NCBI GenBank assembly: GCA_002269645.1
Contig: NIVC01000255.1
Span: 682,001 to 746,000 of the forward strand
DNA from: Macrostomum lignano
Taxonomy: Eukaryota
DNA: 64,000 bases
Direction: 5' to 3'
The notes beneath the pieces were generated by a model, which saw nothing but the letters and a program-made list of their open reading frames with translations, made no database searches and was not told the origin of the DNA. The translations under genes were made by a program, and so were the position numbers. Of this stretch, positions 49,960 through 59,300 are shown one piece after another (the first letter of the stretch is position 1; each line of letters starts with the position of its first letter).

Positions 49960-51058
49960 GATAAGATAAATGTAAATAAGCGCCATGGATAGTATTGATT
50001 TAGATGAGATTATTAAAATCATGGATAAGATTGATAAGCGCCATGGAGAGTATTGATAAGCGCCATGGAAAAGAATGATAAGCGCCATGGATAAGATTGA
50101 TAAGCGCCATGGAAAAGAATGATAAGCGCCATGGATAAGATTGATAAGCGCCATGGAAAAGAATGATAAGCGCCATGGATAAGACTGATAAGCGCCATGG
50201 ATAAGATTGATAAGCGCCATGGTTTAGATTGATAAGCGCCATGGATAAGATTGATAAGCACCATAGATAATATTGATAAGCGCCATGGATAAGATTAATA
50301 AGCGCCATATATAAGATTGATAAGCCATGGTTAGGACTGATAAGCGCCATGGATAAGATTGATAAGCGCCATGGTTAAGACTGATAAGCACCATGGATAA
50401 GATTGATAAACGCCATGGATAAGATTGATAAGCGCCATGGAAGACTGATAAGCGCCATGGTTTAGATTTATAAGCGCCATGGAAGACTGATAAGCGCCAT
50501 GGTTTAGATTGATAAGCGCCATGGATAATATTGATAAGCACCATAGATAATATTGATAAGCGCCATGGATAAGATTGATAAGCCATGGTTAAGACTGATA
50601 AGCGCCATGGATAAGATTGATAAGCGCCATGGTTAAGACTGATAAGCACCATGGATAAGATTGATAAGCGCCATGGATAAGATTGATAAGCGCCATGGAA
50701 GACTGATAAGCGCCATGGTTTAGATTGATAAGCGCCATGGAAGACTGATAAGCGCCATGGTTTAGATTGATAAGCGCCATGGATAAGATTGATAAGCACC
50801 ATAGATAATATTGATAAGCGCCATGGATAAGATTGATAAGCCATGGTTAAGACTGATAAGCGCCATGGATAAGATTGATAAGCGCCATGGTTAAGACTGA
50901 TAAGCACCATGGATAAGATTGATAAGCGCCATGGATAAGATTGATAAGCGCCATGGATAAGATTGATAGGCGCCATGGATAAGATTGATAAGCGCCATGG
51001 ATAAGACTGATAAGCGCCATGGATAAGATTGATAAGCGCCATGGATAAGATTGATGGT
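49960..51058. repeat. 22-bp minisatellite (TGATAAGCGCCATGGATAAGAT) with about 258-bp higher-order duplication
   Basis: ORFs 50331 and 50589 are near-identical and 258 bp apart; decayed TAAGCG copies extend left to about 49580. Confidence 0.95.
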
Positions 51059-51157
51059 CAAAATTATAAACTCAGAGAACAACAGAAATGGATTTAATGC
51101 CAAAATAAAAATAGCAACTGTAGAAGCTGTAGTTTATTTTTAAGCTAAAAAGCATTT

Positions 51158-51160
<3 letters not shown>

Positions 51161-51204
<44 letters not shown>
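51161..51204. repeat. (AAT)n microsatellite
   Basis: Direct reading. Confidence 0.97.
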
Positions 51205-51205
<1 letters not shown>

Positions 51206-51724
51206 GTCGGACAAATTTGGCTTACAACTGATTAAACGTGAATTTATCGCAGTACGGTTTTATAGTCTAATTAACTGTGTGCAATATGCAAGAGGTTTAT
51301 AATTAAGAAAATTATGTGCTGAAACACTTGCGTTGCATACTACTGTCAGCTCTGTTAGTAGAGTAAGTAGCAAATTAAAATTAGACACACAAAAAACGGC
51401 ACGATGAAAGCCGGAAAACACAAAAAGCGAGAAATACTAGCACAGACACTTAAAACAGGAAGAGGACGAACGATCTTATTGTTAAACAAAATATAATGTG
51501 TTTATTCAACCAGACTGGGTAAAAATGATAGTCAGACGATTGCGCAGCGATATTTGGAAGAAACAAAAAACAAATTGTTAAAAAAGCGCAAATGTTTTGA
51601 ACTGCAAAAACACCAGGACAATTAAAAATGGGGGTGAAGGGGATTAGCAAAGCAGAAGGTCGAAAACAATGAAAATAAATCATGTGATAGGGCAAGTACA
51701 TTAATGGGAAAGCAGAGGGGAAAT

Positions 51725-52570
51725 GACAGGAGAGGGGAGAAATTACATAATGAGAGTAAAGAGAAGGGAGAGATGTGAGTGGGAGAAGAGAAGAAAATGT
51801 AGAGGTAAGGGAGAAATGAGAAGGGAGATGAGAAAGAGAGAAGAAAGGGGGGAGGAGATGAGAGAGAGGTGAGAGAGGAGAGAGGGAGAGATGGATGAGA
51901 CGGAGAGAAAAGAGGTGAAAGGGAGAGATGAGAGAGATGAGAGAGAAGTGGGGTAGGAGAGGAGAGATGAGAGAAGAGAGGGAGATATGAGAGATACGAG
52001 AAGAGAGGGGAGAGAGGAGAGAGAGGTGAGAGAGGAGAGAGGGAGAGATGGATGAGACGGAGAGAAAAGAGGTGAAAGGGAGAGATGAGAGAGATGAGAG
52101 AGAAGTGGGGTAGGAGAGGAGAGATGAGAGAAGAGAGGGAGATATGAGAGATACGAGAAGAGAGGGGAGAGAGGAGAGAGGAGGGGTAAGAGGTGAGAGG
52201 GAGAGAGGAGAGGTGAGAGGAAGAGATGAGAGGTGAGAGGGATAGATGAGAGGCGAGAGGAAGATATGAGAGGTGAGAGGGATAGATGAGAGGCGAGAGG
52301 AAGAGATGAGAGGTGAGAGGGATCGAGAGATGAGAGGTGAGACGAAGAGATGAGAGGTGAGAGGAAGAGATGAGAGGTGAGAGGGAGAGAGGAAGAGATG
52401 AGAGGTGAGAGGGAGAGAGGAAGAGATGAGAGGTGGAGAGGGGAGAGATGAGAGGTGGAGGGGTGAGAGGTGAGAGGGAGAGAGGAGAGGTGAGAGGTGA
52501 GAGGGAGAGAGGAGAGGTGAGAGGGGAGAGATGAGAGGTGAGGGAAAGAAGACATGAGAGAGGTGCGAGG
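51725..52570. repeat. GA-rich polypurine minisatellite with internal duplications
   Basis: Direct reading. Confidence 0.92.
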
Positions 52571-53019
52571 GTATCAAGCTGTCAAGTTCAGACAGTACCA
52601 ATCAGAGCGGATTACAAATTACAGAGACTCGCTGACCATTTATCAACAACAAAAAACACCTAAAAACACTTAATTAATGCGATTGACAAACAGAAACAGT
52701 GCATGGGAGCAGCTAAGGTTAAAGGTGACGTATAAAAATTAGCCATGCAAGACTAACGAACCCTGACCCTGGCCTTCAGCTTAATGTACTTTAGTATGTG
52801 GCTAAAAAACTAAATTCAAATAGCAACAGGCAGTTTATAAAGCGATTTAAAACAACAGTATGCGGGGTACTGGTTCTCTGACTGTCTGGATTCGAAGATC
52901 CCAAACTGGAAATATTGAAATCCAGGAATTAGGATTAACGCTTCTTAGGTATAGATTACCTAAGAAGGTATAGGTATTCCTAGAAAGTATACCTAGAAGG
53001 TATAGGTATACTTTCGGCG

Positions 53020-53250
53020 ATTTCTGGGATTTGGGATTCGGGATCTATGGGATTTGGGATTCGGGATCTATGGGACTTGGGATTCAAGATCTAGGGGATT
53101 CGGGATTCGGGATCTGGGGGATTTTGGATTCGGGATCTATGGGATTTGGGATTCGGGATCTGAAGGATTTGGAATTCGGTATCTTTGGGATTTGGGATTC
53201 GGGATCTATAGGATTTGGGATTCGGGATCTGTGGGATTTGGGATTCGGGA
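53020..53250. repeat. GGGATTTGGGATTCGGGATCTAT repeat downstream of the bestrophin stop
   Basis: Direct reading; a related unit lies at 54095-54350. Confidence 0.9.
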
Positions 53251-53376
53251 TGAGTCGAGAAGAATCCAGGATTAATTATGTGGGTTCAGCATTTATTCCC
53301 TCAATCCAATGAGCTGATTTAGAAGCTAAAAAATGATTTAACCTGTCAAATTGCCAAGCATCGAAGCCCTGGCAGA

Positions 53377-56300
53377 TCAGACCAGAGGCTCAGACGCGTC
53401 CCTGCCATCGCCAGACAGGAGAGGCAGACTCTCAGCCCTGGCAATGCCCTGCTCTTGCTGGTCAGACCGGCGCTGCTGGTCCCGATGGTTGTCGGCATCG
53501 ACTTCTAGCACCAGGATGTTGCTGTCATCATCGCCCAGAGACATGTTCACCGAGGAGGTGTCAGGCCCGATCATGGAAGCGGATCTGGGGTGCTGCAGCG
53601 TCGCGGGCCTCAAGCTGACCAGGCCCTGCTTTTGTTGTTGTTTCTGCTGCTTCTGGTGAAATTTGTGCTGCTGCTGCTGCGGCTTGGTGAGCGATTTTAA
53701 AGCTTCCTTGCGTTCGGCGTTGGCCTTGGCCTTGGCCTTGGCGCCGCTGGACAGCTGGAACACGTCCAGGTGGTGCACAAGATCCTTGCCCTGACGTTGC
53801 AGCCGCTTCAACAGGGCTCTGGTCAGGTGGGCCTCCGTCTCCTCGGCTGTGCCGAACGAGTCGTTAGAGTGCACCTCGTTGAAGTCGAAGGTGCGGAACA
53901 GGTCGACGAGTTGCTGCTCCTCTGGCTCGCCGTTGTCGGTGAGGCCTGGGGGGAACAGCGAGTCCTCGGCGCCGCCCAGCTTCACCGACACCTTCAGATT
54001 GGAGTTGAGGATCTCCGACAGAGGCAGGTCGGCCTTGTCCTTGCCGAGCGGGTTCATCAGGCACATGCCGATCTTGAACCAGCCTGGGGCAGGTTGGGAT
54101 TCGCGAATCTTAGGATTTGTCATTTGGGATCTTTCAGTTGGTCTGGTTGAGAATTCGGGATCTTTTAGTTTGGTCTGGTTGGGACTTGGGATCTTTGAGT
54201 TTGGTCTGGTTGTGGATTTGGGATCTTCTAGTTTGGTCTGATTGGGATTTGGGATCTTTGAGTTTGGTCTGATTGGGATTTGGAATCTCTTAGTTTGGTC
54301 TGATTGGGGATTTGGGATCTTTGAGTTTGGTCTGGTTGGGATTTGGGATATTTTTTGCTTGGTCCACAGATACTAAAATTTAGATGGGCCATTCAGGCAT
54401 ATATACTTAGTAAAACAGCTTTCTACTTTCAGTTCAGTAGCAAAGAAGAATGCATAAGCTATTTTATAAAAATAACGGCAGCTGAAACGACTTTGATAAG
54501 TTTAGAAGCCAAGCTTGCAGGCGTAAACAACTTGCTAATTGGTTCAGCAATAATGTACATTAGCCAGTCCACTGAAATGTACATGGCAGCTTTACGCTGG
54601 AATTCCGAGAAAGGCAATAAAATTGGGGCGGGGCGGGGCGGGGGTGGTGTGGAAAGGCGCGGTTGAAGGGTTTAAGCTGAGAGTTTAAGCTAAATACATT
54701 AAAATGCTTCGGTTTTACTTACTACTGAACTGACAGTAGCTTACACGCAAATGTGCTGAGTGGCCAATCTAGTTATTCTAGTATCTGCTGCGGTTTGGTC
54801 TGGACTCCGGTTTTACACGCATGCTTGGGCGCAACCTTGGGATTCACCCGGCCGTTTCTATTGGCAACACACACATGTAAGTCGCTATTGGACAGATGGG
54901 TCTTTCTCGAAAGCAACTTACGATCGGCCATAGACGTAAGTTGGGGAGGAAGTGCTTCAGCTTATGGCTTGCTCGAAAGTCTCGCAACTTGAAACGACGT
55001 ACGATCGATCGCAACTTTGCGAGCTCGTAACTTTGCGCAAAATACTGTTTCTCGAAACGTTCGTATGTCTATGGTCTTTCGTAAGGTTGATCTTGATCTT
55101 AACCCTACGACTGCTCGGTATCAGTCGTAAGAAGCACTTATCGGAGAGATCTCAGGGTACGATATCTTTAATACTGCAAGTGACAGCAAAGATCATGGCG
55201 ACCAAGCGCCAACCCAACTTCTCGCCTGGAGAAAAGGAGAAAATGTTAATGTTACCGTCTTAACTTTTCTCGTTTACTAAGTAACTAAATAAACTTAGCA
55301 ACTCTTAACAAGTTTTACAAAATCGCGGATACAGAAAGCAGTACAGCAAGTAGAACTTTTTAGAAAAAGACCAATGCGCGGTCAGCAACATGCAGACGCA
55401 GTAGGATAGTAGCGAGTATGAAGTCCATTTTATTAACTTTGAAATTAATGTTAAGCACCAATATGTACAAAAAGAATATATACCGAAGCAGACAAAACCA
55501 TCGGAATCGTTGCCCACTTCGGCCATAGACAACATTTTTTCGCTTCGCGATAACTTGCGAACTGCGTAAACCCTAGTTGCGAGAACCCTAGGTTAGCTTC
55601 GAGAAACAGCTTTACGACCCGTCTTACGCCAAGCGCAAAGTTCGGACTTACGCCTGCACTTATCATAGAACTTACAATAGGTTCGAGAAAGACCCCCCCA
55701 GAATAGTAGTCACGTGACTGCTCTCAGCCAATAGCCACTTACGTGTGTGTTGCTAATAGAACGGCCGGGTGATTCCCAAGGTTGCGCATGTATGTTTACA
55801 CGCCCCCCACCCAATTAGCAACTCACCCAGATAGAAGATGAACTCCAACGAGCCTAAAATGGGGATATGGGACAGGACTTCCACGCCGGTGGTGCTACCC
55901 GGATCGGCGACTATGGACCCGTTGGCAACGGAGTGCCGATCCAACCCCACCTCCGACTCGATCAGCTGAGTTGACAGCAGCGTGGAGAACAGGAAGATGT
56001 ACACGGCCGTGACGGCCACCTGGGTGTACACCAGCGGGATGTTGAACTCGCTGTAGGTCCACACAATGCCGAGATCGTTGCGAAAGTTCTGCGCGATCGT
56101 CACCATCCACAGGAACTGGCGCTCGTCCGCGATGCAGCCTGCGACGGTGTGCGTTTGGGATTTGGGATTTGTCTCAACTGAGATCCCCAATTTCAACATA
56201 TTACTCAAGTCAGCCCTTCATCTCACTCTGAAAGATTACCCTGCATCTCATTATTAGTTTCCCTACATCTCACTTTTAGGTTCCCTTCATCTCACTACTA

Positions 56301-59300
56301 GATTTCCTTCATCTCACTATTAGGTTCCCTTCATCTCACTATTAGTTTCCCTTCATCTCACTATTAGATTTCCTTCATCTCACTATTAGTTTCCCTTCAT
56401 AACACTATTAGATTTCCTTCATCTCACTATTAGTTTCCCTTCAAAACACTATTAGATTTCCTTCATCTCACTATTAGGTTCCCTTCATCTCACTATTAGT
56501 ATTCCTTTATCTCACTACTAGTTTCCCTTCATCTCACTATTAGATTTCCTTCATCTCACTATTAGTTTCCCTTCATAACACTATTAGATTTCCTTCATCT
56601 CACTATTAGGTTCCCTTCATAACACTATTAGATTTCCTTCATCTCACTATTAGGTTCCGTTCATCTCACTAATAGGTTCCCTTCATCTCACTATTAAATT
56701 CTTTTCATCTCACTATTATTTTCCCTTATCTCACTATTAGTTTCCCTTAGTATCACTATTAGATTCCCTTCATCTCATTACCGGATTCCCTTCATCATAT
56801 TATTGGATTCCCTTCATCTCATTATTGGATTCCCTTCATCTCATTATCGGATTCCTTTCATTTCACTATTAGTTTCCCTTTATCCCATTATTAGGTTCCC
56901 TTTATTTCACTATTAGATTCCCTTTATCTCGACATCTCACTGTTATATTCCCTTCATCTCACTATTAGTTTTCCTTCATCCCTTGATCATTTTCAAGCGA
57001 AACTGCAAAATTGTGTGCTAGCTAGTGCAGCTCAGGCTAGTAGTTGCATACTGAATTAAATTGGCAGTGGTCTGCCTCTACGCCTCGAGGGATGGCAGGA
57101 TGTAAAATACTAGCCAGATCCCCGTTTATCTTAGTATATATATATTAGTAGTATTATTATCTATACATATAACGCTGCACGAGTGATGAGGACGAACCAG
57201 TTAACCAGCTGAAGCTGACTGCAAATCCTAAATTTATGCCAACATGCGATAGTAGTTCAAGCATGCTATACAATACATGCATGCTAATATAGTTAACTCT
57301 CTGTAAAGATAAGGAACTGGATCCTTCTTTCCCCCATCCCCTTGACTAAGATCGATGTAAGATGAACAGCGCAGACTGAGAGGGAATTCCAGATAGATAC
57401 AAAGAATCTGAGACAACCCTAGACAAAGACTCAGAGACATCCCAGACGGACAAAGACTCAGAGACGTCCCAGACGGACAAAGACTCAGAGACGTCCCAGA
57501 CGGACAAAGACTCAGAGACGTCCCAGACGGACAAAGACTCAGAGACGTCCCAGACGGACAAAGACTCAGAGACGTCCCAGACGGACAAAGACTCAGAGAC
57601 GTCCCAGACGGACAAAGACTCAGAGACGTCCCAGACGGACAAAGACTCAGAGACGTCCCAGACGGACAAAGACTCAGAGACATCCCAGACGGACAAAGAC
57701 TCAGAGACGTCCCAGACGGACAAAGACTCAGAGACGTCCCAGACGGACAAAGACTCAGAGACGTCCCAGACGGACAAAGACTCAGAGACTTCCCAGACGG
57801 ACAAAGACTCAGAGACATCCCAGACGGACAAAGACTCAGAGACAGCCCTAGCTAGACAAAGACTCAGACACTCCTAGACAAAGACTCAGACACCCCCATA
57901 CCGACAGACTCAGCTGTAGACAACCCTAGACAAAGACTCAGAGACATCCCTAGACAAATACTCAGAGACACCCAGAGCCGACAAAGACTCAGAGACACCC
58001 CTAGACAAAGACTCAGACAACCCAGACCGACAAAGACTCAGACACCCCCATACCGACAGACTCAGCTCTAGACAACCCTAGATAAAGATTCAGATACAAC
58101 CTTAGACAGATTCAGATATAACCCTAGACAAAGACTCAGAGGCAACCCAGACACAAAGACTCAGAAACACCCCCAGAATGCTGACTCAAAATTGAAGGAT
58201 TAAATCAATGAAGCTAAAAAAAACATGAAACTCACCAATATTCTTAGCCCGCCTCATAATTCTGTTAGCCCAGCCAAGAGGCAGCCAGTACTCAGGCGTA
58301 TAAGTCCAATCGGTGTCTTTAGACAGCTCAGCAGACCTAGCGAACACTTGCATCTCTTCCTCTGTGATCAGTTTGCCAAAATATTTCTGCACTTTAGCAT
58401 CGGAATTGATTAGTTCGAGTCTCTGTCGCCAGGTAAGCTTAAACTCTCGAGTATTCTTCGGTCGCATAAAACCGAACCGATGCTTAATGTGTAGCGAAAT
58501 AGTGGCCATCATTAGTATCCAGGCCAGGTTGAAATACCGCAGCACAGTGATTCGAACTTTTCTAGCAATATCGGATTTCGATTTGTGACAGCTCTCGATT
58601 AGGCCTTGCGCGTAGAAGGCTGGCGCGTGCATCCATGGGATTGCCATGCACATGCTCCACCAGCTGGGCAGAATAGGATGCGTGCGGGGTGAATTTGCAC
58701 AAATATGCAAATTCCCTTAATCACTTGAATTCAGGATGTAAAATCATATAGACTAAGACTAATACTTCTCTTTGAATCATTTTACAGATCTTGATAGCAA
58801 AAATTCTCATATATTTTATTTACCATCACTGCTCTCTGCTATTTTCCTTCTCTTGCAATCTACTGTCTCCACCTCTCACCAACCACTCTCAGTATCCACT
58901 CACTTCCTCCACCTTTCACTTTTCATCTTCCTCTCAGTCTCCTTCTCCCTCTTAGTCTCTATCTGCCTCACTGCCTGCCACTCTCCCTCTCCCTCTTCCT
59001 GCAACTCTCCCTCTTCCTGCAACTCTCCCTCTCCCTCTTCCTGCAACTCTCCCCTCTCCCTCTTACTGCCACTCTCCCTCTCCCTCTTCCTGCCACTCTC
59101 TCTCCCTCTTCCTGCCACTCTCCCTCTGTTTTCCTGCCACTCTCCCTCTCTTTTCCTGCCACTCTCCCTCTCTTTTCCTGCCACTCTCCCTCTCCCTCTT
59201 CCTGCCACTCTCCCTCTCCCTCTTCCTGCCACTCTCCCTCTCCCTCTTCCTGCCACTCTCCCTCTCCCTCTTCCTGCCACTCTCCCTCTCCCTCTTCCTG

